Source of the DNA: a virus
Taxonomy: Duplodnaviria; Caudoviricetes
DNA length: 61,221 bases
Reading direction: 5' to 3' (one strand)
Virus record (IMG/VR): IMGVR_UViG_3300031631_000002
Span: 1 to 61,221 of that record
Shown: positions 1 through 11,300 of the stretch, in pieces
How positions within the stretch are numbered: the stretch's first letter is position 1
How the letters are laid out: every line of letters begins with the position of its first letter
The notes under the pieces: model-generated
Told to the model about the DNA's origin: nothing
Database searches by the model: none
The model's input: only the letters and a program-made list of their open reading frames with translations
Program-made: the position numbers and the translations under genes

Positions 1-1330
1 CTCTAACAGAATCCAGCACCTTCCATTCATCAGCCTGATCTCTATTCTTGATAACCACATGGTCAGCTTTGTTCGTTGTCTCAATAGTTCTAGCTGTAGC
101 GTTCCCCGTATAGAGGTTAATATCAAAGTATTCCTGAGAGTTCTTTATAGCTACATCTGGTAGGTTCTTAGACGTTAGTGCCTTGAATGTTCCGTCAGTT
201 GGTGTTATATCAAACTCACACACACAAGCTGCTTTTACCAGCGGAGTGTAAGTACCAACAGGCATACCACTAGCAACAACCTCAGAAACACCTCCATCAA
301 CTATCTTGTTTAATGTCCCTGCTGACACATCTAGTTCAAACTCAACAACCTCTCCAGCAGCGTCATCTGCCAGATACTCTGTACCCGAGTCTGTATCCAT
401 CACACCAAAGCTTCCACCTGTTGTCACGTTTACAATCCATGCAAACTTTAGATTATCTACAGAAATTGTTCCTACCCTATCTGTAGTCCCTGTTACACTT
501 AGGTTCCCACCAGAAAGTGTTCCAGAGCCTGCGTCAACACTATTCAAAGTACATACATTATTACTAGGTGTATCTGTACTCTGCATATCTGTGGTGATGG
601 TAAGGTAAGGGGTGAAGTGGTTATCATTCCCTGATACATCATACCCAAGTGTCGTTGAACTAGTAGCGTCCTTAAAGTCTAGGTGGAAGCTATTAACTCC
701 AGAGTAATCTAATCCACTGACATCTATAGGTCGCCATACCTTGTCATTATCGGGATGCCATTCGCCAAAGGATTCTGGAGTAAGTATCTGCCCTTCTATG
801 TGCGCATATTCAGCGTAGTATGCCCCTGACATCGTAAACAATCTACTTCGAAGACCGCAGATGTACTTAGTACCTGCACTCGTCATAGCATTATAGCCAT
901 GGGCCACGCTAGTGTCCTGTAATACTCCATCAACATATATGTAGGACTCACCAGAACCGTCAGGATCGTAGGAGATTACAATATTTATCCATGCTGAAGG
1001 GTCATTATATGTTCCGGGGGTATTGCCTTGATAAACTATGCTTCCGCCTATCCGTATATACGTCATTATGATACCATTGCTGGTGATCTCATGCTCATTC
1101 CACCACTCACTAGAGCTACCCACACGGGTGCCTATACTGTATGTTGAGATTATTCCGTCCAACCCTGTAACCAACCCCCTCTTTATCCAACAAGATATAG
1201 TGTATGCCTCTGTCCCCCCATCGAGGAAGGCTCTCTGTAAGCATCCAAGCATATTACAGTTAATACTATTCTCAACCTGATACCCCTCTGCTCCCCCAGC
1301 ACTTCTAGCTGGGTATATTAAATTAGACAA
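1..1330 (-). CDS. Tail fibre / LamG-like virion protein, truncated at the window edge
   Basis: Not in the ORF track because no stop falls in the window. TTG at 1330 overlaps the upstream stop and reads MSNLIYPARSAGGAEGYQVENSIN...YTISCWIKRG. The same frame at the edge reads NLYTGNATARTIETTNKADHVVIKNRD...WKVLDSVR, typical of phage LamG-type fibre proteins. Both ends were read; the middle was not checked codon by codon. Confidence 0.75.
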   Translation of the reverse strand, partial: MSNLIYPARSAGGAEGYQVENSINCNMLGCLQRAFLDGGTEAYTISCWIKRGLVTGLDGIISTYSIGTRVGSSSEWWNEHEITSNGIIMTYIRIGGSIVYQGNTPGTYNDPSAWINIVISYDPDGSGESYIYVDGVLQDTSVAHGYNAMTSAGTKYICGLRSRLFTMSGAYYAEYAHIEGQILTPESFGEWHPDNDKVWRPIDVSGLDYSGVNSFHLDFKDATSSTTLGYDVSGNDNHFTPYLTITTDMQSTDTPSNNVCTLNSVDAGSGTLSGGNLSVTGTTDRVGTISVDNLKFAWIVNVTTGGSFGVMDTDSGTEYLADDAAGEVVEFELDVSAGTLNKIVDGGVSEVVASGMPVGTYTPLVKAACVCEFDITPTDGTFKALTSKNLPDVAIKNSQEYFDINLYTGNATARTIETTNKADHVVIKNRDQADEWKVLDSVR

Positions 1331-2303
1331 TGTTCAGTGACCTCCCAATCTCGTACAGGTTCGTACCATCAGAGCGGAAGACAAACTCATCCCTAGCTGC
1401 TGCACCTGTACTCAAGGTTGGTGCTGTAGCGTCAGGCCACTTGAATACTGTATTCCATACCAAAGTCTGACCACCTGCTCCTTGTACTACTGTAAGCGCA
1501 TAGAAGCCTCCATCAACTAGGTTAGTTGGTGTGCCCATTATCCTATTAGCTGTGAGAGTAACTGAAGTCACTTGGTTGCTCTCTGTATCCCAAGCAACTG
1601 TAGTAGCATCTGTGAGTGTTGTTGCGTTGAAGTTCTGAGTCTTTGTCCATTCGTTTGCTGTCGTGGGCTTCAAAAGGGACGTGAACTCGTATCCATCAAG
1701 AGCAGGATTTGCAACAAGGGCTTGTCCTTCTGTTCCTGTAGACGGGTCGGGGATAACTAGAGACGCTGCTAATGATGCGAACCCCTCTGCCGCATTAGAG
1801 CTATCTAATGCGGCAGCCTCGTAAGTAGCAGCGTTTGTTTCTGATATTCCGGAAGCTGTTGCGTAGTTTGCTGAAGAAACAGCTGATGCTGCGGCGGCAG
1901 TAGCTGATGCATCGGCAGACGCCGCTGCGGTTGAAGCCACAACAGGGTCAACAAGGTAATTCCACCCACTATCTAGATCTGGATTGCCAGTCATTAGGTA
2001 AGGGACATCACCGTAAACAGCTATAACAAACGGCTCAGTTGGTTGAGGTGTAAAAGCGGTCCAAGCTGTACCTATACCTAGCATATTACCTGTTGTGCCT
2101 CCAGACAGCGCAATGTAAGCCATTGCGACATCAAGCTCAGGATTCAACCTTGACCAAGCTGTTCCGTCGTTTGCCCACAGCTCTGGCTGTGATCCGACAG
2201 TAACATCAAAGTTCATGGCAATCTCACCAACATTGTTGAAGCCAGTGTCTGGTGCTCCTTTACCGCCTGTTGTTCTATGTAACAGCTGTAATGTGAATGC
2301 CAT
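1323..2303 (-). CDS. Tail fibre-associated protein
   Basis: Ala/Ser-rich coiled-coil-like middle and a beta-rich C-terminus (TQNFNATTLTD...VTLTANRIMGTPTNL); lies in the fibre cluster. Confidence 0.65.
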   Translation of the reverse strand: MAFTLQLLHRTTGGKGAPDTGFNNVGEIAMNFDVTVGSQPELWANDGTAWSRLNPELDVAMAYIALSGGTTGNMLGIGTAWTAFTPQPTEPFVIAVYGDVPYLMTGNPDLDSGWNYLVDPVVASTAAASADASATAAAASAVSSANYATASGISETNAATYEAAALDSSNAAEGFASLAASLVIPDPSTGTEGQALVANPALDGYEFTSLLKPTTANEWTKTQNFNATTLTDATTVAWDTESNQVTSVTLTANRIMGTPTNLVDGGFYALTVVQGAGGQTLVWNTVFKWPDATAPTLSTGAAARDEFVFRSDGTNLYEIGRSLNIV

Positions 2304-2305
2304 GA

Positions 2306-2560
2306 TTAATACTCCCCTGCGTTAAATGAGCTAGCAAGAGCCCAGTTATTTGAAGCGTCAGCTACCAACATCTGGGTTTCAACTGCAGGTTCTGGGACAC
2401 ATGCATTTTCAGATCTTAATTGCACTGCTATGAATGTCAACATAGCGGCAAGGGTAACGTCCTTACTTGCGTCAGAGTCTGTGTCATCCGCTATCAACAG
2501 TTGATCATCTATTGTTATTACAGGTATTGCTGTAGTATCAGTTGGAAAGCTAACTGGCAT
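2306..2560 (-). CDS. Small virion-module protein, hypothetical
   Basis: AGGAG RBS; tightly packed in the operon. Confidence 0.6.
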   Translation of the reverse strand: MPVSFPTDTTAIPVITIDDQLLIADDTDSDASKDVTLAAMLTFIAVQLRSENACVPEPAVETQMLVADASNNWALASSFNAGEY

Positions 2561-2563
2561 AAC

Positions 2564-3571
2564 CTACTCCTTTATGCAGTAAAGCACGTTTATATTTGTT
2601 GGTCTCGATTCTCGAGAACCAGAGTTTCCAGATGAGAATGATGGAATATCAACTGAGTGCCCATGTGCTCCGGCTGAACCAGTAGATGAACCATAATACA
2701 TTCCTATATTTCTAGGTGAGTAAGAGCTTACAAATGTGTGAGAGCCTGTACCTCCTCCTGTGCTATGCGCATGAGAACCAGTTGAGCTAGTATTAGAATT
2801 AGGGGGATTAACAGAGTGGGCATGAGTTATGTTAGCACTTGTCTGAACTGTACCTACATGGTCTCCTACTGCTCCGTCTCCTCTATCTGTACGAGTAGTT
2901 GAATCAGGATCTACTCCCTTACCAGCATCCAGCCCTCTAAGGAATCTTCCTCTATAATCTGGTATATTGAATGTTGTTGTTGTGTCCCCTTCTCCGTACA
3001 GGACTCCTATTGTAGCAAACAATTTTGCGTGGGCTGCTCTGTCTATAGCTCTACCATCGCATACAAGCCAACCTGTAGGTACAGTTGTCTGAGCGAAAGG
3101 GGCAATCATACCAGAAGGAAGCAACGAATCAATTGCTTGAGATGTTCTCTCCGGAGTCATTAGCTTCTCAGTGTTGGTACCTTCTTCAGCTTCCAGTTGG
3201 GTGGCAACAAAGTCAGTTAGAAAAGCAGAACCACCATTGACGTTCCATTTAGTTTGGTAGGTATCCGCCCCAATTACTGCGGCCATGTCCTCCCAACTAA
3301 ACTCCTCGCTTGCCGAGTTGTAAGTAAGAACATACCCGTCAAACGCAGTGTTATTAGCTAGGATTTTAGCAGGGTATATCGTAGAATCCAGCACTAAGCC
3401 ACCAGGCATTGTGTTTGGAGAAAATGCTGACCAATCTTCGACAGCTAAAAGTCTTGTCTCTTCGTCTTTGTTGTTGTCTGTGTTGTGGGATAGGCTCTCT
3501 CTTGCTAAGAACTCAAAATTTGATGTTCCTGTGCAGGGGTAAGTCTTCCATGTGTATGCCGCGTGTGTCAC
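2564..3571 (-). CDS. Tail fibre protein with tail-collar domain
   Basis: Collar motif GMIAPFAQTTVPTGWLVCDG...LFATIG..YG.GD..TTFNIPDYRGRFLRG, His-x-His repeats, C-terminal ESRPTNINVLYCIK. Confidence 0.9.
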   Translation of the reverse strand: MTHAAYTWKTYPCTGTSNFEFLARESLSHNTDNNKDEETRLLAVEDWSAFSPNTMPGGLVLDSTIYPAKILANNTAFDGYVLTYNSASEEFSWEDMAAVIGADTYQTKWNVNGGSAFLTDFVATQLEAEEGTNTEKLMTPERTSQAIDSLLPSGMIAPFAQTTVPTGWLVCDGRAIDRAAHAKLFATIGVLYGEGDTTTTFNIPDYRGRFLRGLDAGKGVDPDSTTRTDRGDGAVGDHVGTVQTSANITHAHSVNPPNSNTSSTGSHAHSTGGGTGSHTFVSSYSPRNIGMYYGSSTGSAGAHGHSVDIPSFSSGNSGSRESRPTNINVLYCIKE

Positions 3572-4416
3572 TATAACACCTCAATTAATTGAAAGTTAAT
3601 TCTAGATCTAGTGTGTTCTGAGTGTGTCCCAGAGGGTAGTTCTACTGCTCTGGCGTATACGAACCACTTCTCAGAATCTAAATTTGTTATCTGCCAAAAT
3701 AAAGGGGCCTTTCCTTTAGCTTTGAATATTGTGTACATGAATTCATAGAAGTCTGGCTCCCTACTGAGTAGTACACTACCGGTAAACACTCTTACTATGT
3801 CACGTTTTTTGTAGTAGAAAGATCCATTTGACATCTGCTTTCCAATACTGTAGTCATTCTGGTCTTCACTCAATCCTATAAGAGCATCACTAGAGGTTGT
3901 AAATAAGGCCCCTGCCTGAATCAGGCCAACGTACACATCCTCTGTGTTTCCAGTACTAAGTCTTATTTTTATGGTGTGGTTTGGTGTTTGGTAAGGGTAA
4001 GTTATACTGGTATAGTTTAGTTTAAGTCCACTATCAAGGATAAATCTTTGGTAGGAAGCTATTCCTCCGAGATCTGTTATTTCTGAGTATATATTTTCTC
4101 CTGCTGCGTTGAACACGTTGAACTCAGCAGTACGTGCATTGGTACCTCCAAGCAAAACAGTAGATCCAGTTCCCTCTACAGCTAACGTCCACTCTCCTAC
4201 TGGCCATGATATCTTAGATACTCTCTTTGGGTGTTCGTCAAGTACATTCTCAGGCGGATACTCGCTATCTACTAAGGTTACATCATCTGAAAATACCTCT
4301 ATTTGATCTCCGTCAACTGTTTGCAATTCATCTAAATTAACGTCATTTAATATGTTAGGAACATTCGTAGCCTTTGCAGTAACAGCTGTCACGTTTGAAT
4401 CAAGTAAACATTTCAT
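3571..4416 (-). CDS. Tail tip / distal tail protein (putative)
   Basis: Downstream of the tape measure, beta-rich, coupled to neighbouring genes. Confidence 0.55.
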   Translation of the reverse strand: MKCLLDSNVTAVTAKATNVPNILNDVNLDELQTVDGDQIEVFSDDVTLVDSEYPPENVLDEHPKRVSKISWPVGEWTLAVEGTGSTVLLGGTNARTAEFNVFNAAGENIYSEITDLGGIASYQRFILDSGLKLNYTSITYPYQTPNHTIKIRLSTGNTEDVYVGLIQAGALFTTSSDALIGLSEDQNDYSIGKQMSNGSFYYKKRDIVRVFTGSVLLSREPDFYEFMYTIFKAKGKAPLFWQITNLDSEKWFVYARAVELPSGTHSEHTRSRINFQLIEVL

Positions 4417-5384
4417 ACAAACTCACCTTCACCTTCTACAACACACTCATAGTCATTAAAATTCCACGTTATAGATCTCACCTTAGCCTTTACATCCAAA
4501 GTTATCTCCTGCGATTCATCAACCAACAGTAACGCTATTCCAGGTTTGTAAACATCAACAAGAGGAAACTTTAGTCTTATGTTAGGGCTTTCAAATATTG
4601 TCTTCCTATCAGCCAGAGCAGTTTCAGAATTAGCCACTGTTACGTGGCACTGTGGAGACACTGAATCCTCATCACCGTAACCATAAAGTCCATCTACTGA
4701 AGCCTCTGTTGTGTCAGATCCAGTCTTAAAGATAGAAACTGGTTTATCGTAGGTGTAGCCTGACGGTGCTATATCAAACTCTGTTATCTCCACAACCGAC
4801 GTCTCTGTCAACATGTCAATAAGGTACAGTATACTGTCCTCAATGTAAAATAAATGAGAAAAAAATCTCGCCATGTCAGATAGATTGTCTATTAAAACCT
4901 TCTCGCCTGTGGCTGTGTATGACACAGCAGGAGATACAACTCTTGCGTTAGTTGCATCTAAGGTAAGGCCTAGAGTTGTGCATGCTGTTGTAAATATACT
5001 CTCCAATGTTCCAGAGTAAGCAATGTCTGTTACCTTGTCTTCGTACTCTGTGGCGTAGATAACGTATGTTACTCCGTCGCGCTCTATATTAGATAGGTGA
5101 GCTGTCCCTTCTAATATTGTCGTAGCACTGGCTTCATCACTATCTGTGAACAGCAGTTTTATAGGGCACGATATTGGATACTCAGTCTCTCCGCTAAATA
5201 GAGAAGGTAAGAATGTAAGTGAACCAAAAGATGGTTCGACGTAACCTCCTCCTCTATTTCTTATTGAGTATTTTATATCAGAAGCCACAGACACTTGGGC
5301 ATCCCAAAAATGTTCTAATGGCAGCATCTCATCACTTACTCTGTGAAGGGTGCTGTTGAAAGTTACCTCTACTAAAAGAGCCAT
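4413..5384 (-). CDS. Tail tip / hub protein (putative)
   Basis: Immediately after the tape measure with overlapping stop/start. Confidence 0.55.
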   Translation of the reverse strand: MALLVEVTFNSTLHRVSDEMLPLEHFWDAQVSVASDIKYSIRNRGGGYVEPSFGSLTFLPSLFSGETEYPISCPIKLLFTDSDEASATTILEGTAHLSNIERDGVTYVIYATEYEDKVTDIAYSGTLESIFTTACTTLGLTLDATNARVVSPAVSYTATGEKVLIDNLSDMARFFSHLFYIEDSILYLIDMLTETSVVEITEFDIAPSGYTYDKPVSIFKTGSDTTEASVDGLYGYGDEDSVSPQCHVTVANSETALADRKTIFESPNIRLKFPLVDVYKPGIALLLVDESQEITLDVKAKVRSITWNFNDYECVVEGEGEFV

Positions 5385-8300
5385 TAGAAGACCACCCTTT
5401 GAGTTCCTTGACCACGCTGCAGTTTGTCTGTTACGTGGATGTCTGCTTCTACCCTAATGAATCGCTTAAGGCCTCCCTCATCGCCGACTATGTTGACCAC
5501 TACAGGTCTGTCGGAGAGAGCGTCAATCTTATCATCCATTAATTTTAGTGTGTTTGGTCCATTGTGCAGCGGCATGATTGCCTCTGAGCCTGCTTCTCCA
5601 CCGACATGGAATACTGTCGGACGATCCATTACTCCTCCTCTTGCGTGGTATGACATTACCGCGCCATTAGCGTTGTAGCTTGTGTGGCCTTCCTGGTTAG
5701 GAAGCTGTATTCCTTGTCCCATGGCAGATACCGCACTCATGATGTCGTGAGATGCTCCTATCGCTCCTGATCCTAATGATCCAAGAACACCTTCCAATTC
5801 TTCAAATGTGCCGGCTGTCGATGAGGCAGCAGATCCAAATGCCACCATAGGTTGGTGTGCTCGTAGTAACTCGTAACCCATTTCACTGGATACAACGGTA
5901 GTCTCACCAAGAACTTCTCCCAATCCTTCAAATGTGCCATCAAGTTTCATTACCCTCATAGAAGTGTCCGCTGCTCCTGACGCCAGTGAAGCAAATGAAG
6001 CTTCTACTAGTCCTAGGCCGCCCTTGAAGCTTTCAACCGCCTGGCCACTTTGGTTCAAGTTGTTAGATAGACCATCTATACTTCCGCCTAATGATCCTAC
6101 CGCACCGTAAAGGCCACTGATGTGTTCACTAAAGTCTATCACGGCCATTGAAGTGTCCGCTGCTCCTGACGCCAGTGAAGCAAATGAAGCTTCTACTCCA
6201 CCTGTTGAATCGCTTAATGCTCCGACAACACCTTTCTGTGACTCTATTTCTTTAAGTCTTGCTATCTCCAGATCTGTTACAGTTTCCAGTGCAGTCTTTC
6301 CAAATATTTTAGTGCCGCTCGTCATCTCGTCAAGTGCTACCACTGAACCTTTCATTAGGTCTGTGAAGTTAAGAACGTATCCTGAGTCAAATATACCATC
6401 CCCATATACACTACGGTCAACATCTGTTGGCGCCTTCTGCCATTCTACTTTACGTTGTTCTTCAGTCATGTATTCAGCGGTCTCACCCATTGCTCCGGCC
6501 ATACCAACAGCAGCAAGTGTGGCGTCAGGTATTGACATACCAAGAGAGATTAGGCTTGCTTCAAGGGCTTCGAGTTCCTTTGTGTTGCCGAACGAAGCAG
6601 ACAGTGCGCTGTTCATTGTCATGCTCAGTTGTTCAGCAGAAAGTCCAACACCAGTGGTAGATGCTATAAAGTTACCAAATGACGCCATGGTTGGCTCTAT
6701 CGCCAAGGCCATATTTGCCATAGCATAATTAAACTCTTCGCCCATTGACGCTAGGTACTGGTTAGCTTTCTCGGTGTACTCATCACTGGTTCTTGAAGTC
6801 TTCCAAGGTGCGAAGGTATCTCCGTGACCCCTCTCAGTTACAGAGTTAAGCTCATTGGGTTGGACCCAAGAGGATAGCTTCTCCATAGCACCATACAGCG
6901 CCTGAATCCTTGTCTCACCACGATCCTTTAACTCAAAGTCTCCGTAAGCAGTAGTGTTGTAATCGTGTCTTTTTGAGCCTTCAAATGCAGAGGTAGCAAC
7001 CGCTGTGAGCATAGCTAGTGGGATGAGTACACCAGTACTTGAAAGTCCAGCCGCAACGCCCCCGGTGCCAGAAGACATACCCGCCGTAGCAGCACCACCA
7101 GCAACTCCCATACCTCCGGCTCCACCGGCTACAGTGGCAGAAGCTATGTTTGCCGCTGCTATCTCAGCGTACAGCGTTGCACCGGCAAGACCAGTTTGGA
7201 TAGCGCTACTTGTAGCCCCTATGTAGTCCTCGTTAGCTAACCCTTGATAAACTCCATACGCTCCACCAACAGCTCCAAGGCCTGCGCCGGCAACACCGAT
7301 AGCACTGCTGTAGTCCTTTAAGGCAGGGATTAGCTTCTGTACAATCTCGTTGCCTGCAAGTGAAGTTACACCACCAGCTGTCTGGAGTGCTCCACCTACT
7401 CCTCCCTGCTGTATTCCTGAGTATACACTGTAGGCTCCTGTTGCGGCTCCGACGTAAGGCTTAACAGACTCCCAAGTGGCTTTCAGAGGAGCCATTGTCT
7501 CTTTTACAGAATTCCAAGTGTCGCTCATCCCGTCAGTTAAACCTTCGTACCATGAATCATCAGCAAAGATTCCTGTTATCGTCTCTCCTGCTCCAGAGTC
7601 TCCCCAGACACTTCCGTCTAGTTGAACAGCGGACTCAATTCCTCTGGATACAACGTCTGTGAAGTCACTCCAAGCCTGACTTGTCTCATGAGCTGTCATC
7701 CCTGAGAACAAACCACCTGAATCATCGTTGAACACCCCTGTTATACTCTCACCTACTCCAGAATCCCCAAATATTTTCCCATCAGCCATGGTTGCATCAG
7801 CTAAGTTGTCATATACATCCAGCCACTTGTCCCAGCCATCGACCACATCTAAGATTCCTCCACTCTCACCAACGCCACCACCTTCCATTGTTACGTGTAC
7901 AGGGTCCCCTGCGTTTCCGGAGGGGCCTGAGCCTAGCCCCATCTTAGCTGCTGATCCTTCTCCGAAGAGGAAGTCAATGCTCTGCTCCATAACGAAATTA
8001 GTGGCCGCTTCTGCCGCCCAGTCGATAACTGAGTCAAGCATGGAATTTAAGGTAGCGTCCCATATGTCACCGATCTTGTCGAACTCTCCTTTGAAGATAG
8101 CAACGAAAGAATCTTTAATTCCAGACTTCAAAAACCCAAATGACTCGTAGCCTACTTCGCTGAATGTTTTGAGATCCCTTGTAGAGTCCTTAACCGCAGC
8201 CCCAAACCCTCTCCAAAAATCACCGCTAAGTTTATCCAACTTAGTTGAGTCTGCTATGGCTCTCTCTCTGTAGCCCTCTATAAGTTTAAGATCTGCTATT

Positions 8301-11300
8301 GCCTGAGGGTCTACTCTATCTCCGTACTTTGACGCCTTCTTGTCAAATATTAGGTTTATTCTCTCTAACTCAGCAGCATAAGCTGACACCCCTTTTGTCA
8401 CATTAAGATAGTCTTTCTCAAGGTCTGTAAGGAGTTTGCTCTGTTCTTTGCTTCTTGCTAAGTCCCTGCCTTGTTTATTTATGTCTCTTAACTTCTCTGT
8501 TAACAAAACCTCATCATTAAGTAACTTAATTTTATCGTACTGGGCTTTTATAGCGGCATCACCTGCGGTGCTGTCGTACTTTGCTGAGCCCCCCATAATT
8601 CGTTTTACTTCAAGCAAATAGCTTAACTCCTTCTTAGCTACTGACTGCTTGTCTTGCATTATTGCTTCTGATATAGCTAACGATTGTTTAGCATAGGCAC
8701 TTTCTGAGATGAGTTTATTCTTTAAAGTAGCATCTAACACCTTCTGCTCAATCTCGTATACAGCAGTTAGCTCTTTGCTTGAGTTGCGCTTTATATTTAC
8801 TTCCTCTAAAGAGGCCGCGATCAAGTACTGGCTGTGTTTCTCTCTGTCGGCCATTAACTTAGCGTAGCCCTTCATAGACTCACGCTCCATTAAAGCCCAA
8901 GAATCGGACGCTGATCCAGATGTTGAGTGTGTAGTTGATGCGCTCATCACAAGTGAGTCAAGGGCACTGGGAGCAGATGTTGGCATCTTTATGACCCTCT
9001 GGGCAAGTAATTCTACCTCTGCTTGTGCAGCTTTTGCTTTGGCTATCTCGTCCTCTGGAGGAATCAACCAATTAAGTACAGCCTTCCACACTGGTAGTGA
9101 TGCCGCTATTGTTCCCCCGCCTGGAATTGACGACAGTATAGCTGTGGCACCTAGCTGTTCGCCAAGGTCCATGTCTCTCAAAGAAGTAACAGCTCCAGGT
9201 CCTGCTGCTACAATACTTGCCATGGCAACTGCTATGTTTCCCATTGCAGTAGCTACCATTACAAGTCCTTGTCCGAATTCAGGGGACTCTACAACAGTCC
9301 TCAACTCGTGTAGGGTCTTTAGTAGCCCTTCGTCAGCTCCTTGATCAAAAGCGTTGATGAGCGCGTCTTCCCAAGCAACCTTTAACTCCTCTGCTGCTCT
9401 TGTTACTGTCTGAGATGTTTCTGACATCATGTCTTTAAGAAACATTGTTTCGTCTTTAGCTTTACTTATTGACTTAGTCAACCCCTCAAACTTTGAAGAG
9501 CCGTCACCTATTGCTTTAATGAAATCTTCAACAACAGTTACCCCTCCCTTCATAGCTCTAAGACCAAACAACTCCTTGTAGACCTCTACCTTCTGCTGGT
9601 CTGTCATGTCGTCCATGATGCCAGCTAACTCAGTCATAAGTTGACTGTAGTCTTTTAACCCCCCTCCTGATGTGAATGGAGAGAACTCTGCGTTCATGTT
9701 GTGCATCATCTTTGATAGCTTAGATGATGGGTCCAACAGCCTCACCATAGACGTTCTCAACGCAGTACCTGCCTTTGATCCTTTGACACCAACGTCCGCT
9801 AACAGGGCTAGTGAGGCGCTCACATCTACAAACGACATGTTTGCTATCTTACTTAACTCAGTGGTGTATGAATAAGCGTTTCCAAGTTCACCTATAGAAG
9901 TGGCAGAGGATAGCGCTGTCTTTGCTATTACGTTTGCTACCTGAGAAAGATTCAAACCGTCGGAGGCAAAGGCGTTCATTGCCGTAACTGTTAGTTTTGT
10001 AGCCTCGGCCATATCTATCTGGCCTATAACTGAGAGTCTAGATATATCTGCTATACCAATGAAAGCAGACTTCACATCTACACCAGCCTTCGTAAGCTCA
10101 CGCATCCCCCCAGCAAGCTCTGATACGTTGTGGGTAACCCCCTCAACATCGAATAACTCAGTCTTAAACTCACCTATATTAATACCGCCGCCTGTTAACC
10201 TATCAAGCGTAACAGCATAGGTTGAGTTGTACTCGAACGCAGCTCCAAGGTCATACATAGACGTTGTCAACGCCTTTACTCCTGCTACAGCAGCGTAAGT
10301 AGCGGCCATAGCTCCAACAGTAGCAAATGAACCATAAGCCAACCACAGCTTGCCAAATGAGGCAGCTGAGCCTCTTACCACCCCACTCAATAACTTCTGC
10401 TGTGTAGTTAGTTTTTTAGTTTCAGCAGTGAGCCTTTTTGTAGACCTAACCTGCTTATCAAGGGCAGCAGTTCTAAGATCCTTACCAGCCTTATCCGCAG
10501 CGGCCCTCATGGAGGCTAGGCCTTTCTCCAGGCTGTTTGTTTCGTTGAGGAGACGTATCTGTTTCTTTAAAGCCTCTGATCTTAGGTCTTTACCTGCTTT
10601 ATCCGCGGCTGCCCTTGTAGCTGCTATACCCTTCTCAAGTGTGTTTGTGGTGGTTAGTAGAACCACTTGCTTTCTTAATTCAGATGTTCTTAGGTCTTTA
10701 CCTGCTTTATCCGCGGCTGCCCTTGTAGCTGCTATACCCTTCTCAAGTGTGTTGGTTTCATGTAGTATTGCTAGTTGTTTCTTCAGTGCAGCGTAACTTT
10801 TACCTTCAGCAGATGTCTTTATGCCAATAACCCCTAACTGTTTTTCCAGTTCTAGAGTCTGTGCCTCTGCAATTCTTAGCTTTCTAGCTTCTGCTCTAAG
10901 TACTGCTCCGCCTTGACCAGAAACAACTGCCAGTTCTTTTACTACCGCTGCTTGTTTTTCTATCTCCCTGTTTAGTTGCTTCTCTACAAGAAGCAGTGCT
11001 TTGGCCTCACGCGTTGTTTTCATGAAAGAAGTATCTTTTAAGGCCTTACTTCCTTCACTATAGTATTTTTTTGTTTCTGTTGTCAGTTCTTTGAATGCTG
11101 CTTTGGCTTTTCCTGTGTTTTTTGCTAGATTTTTGAATGGGTCTTGGGTTGTTATCTTCGCCATTGCGGCGATAGCACCTTCTAACGACTTCTTAAGAGA
11201 TCTAATTTGCTTGTCTGTCAGATTGGCCTTGACGCCAATCTCTTCTATATGTTTGTATCCGTCTTTCAGACTTCTTATATCCGATGGATCTATTCCGAGA

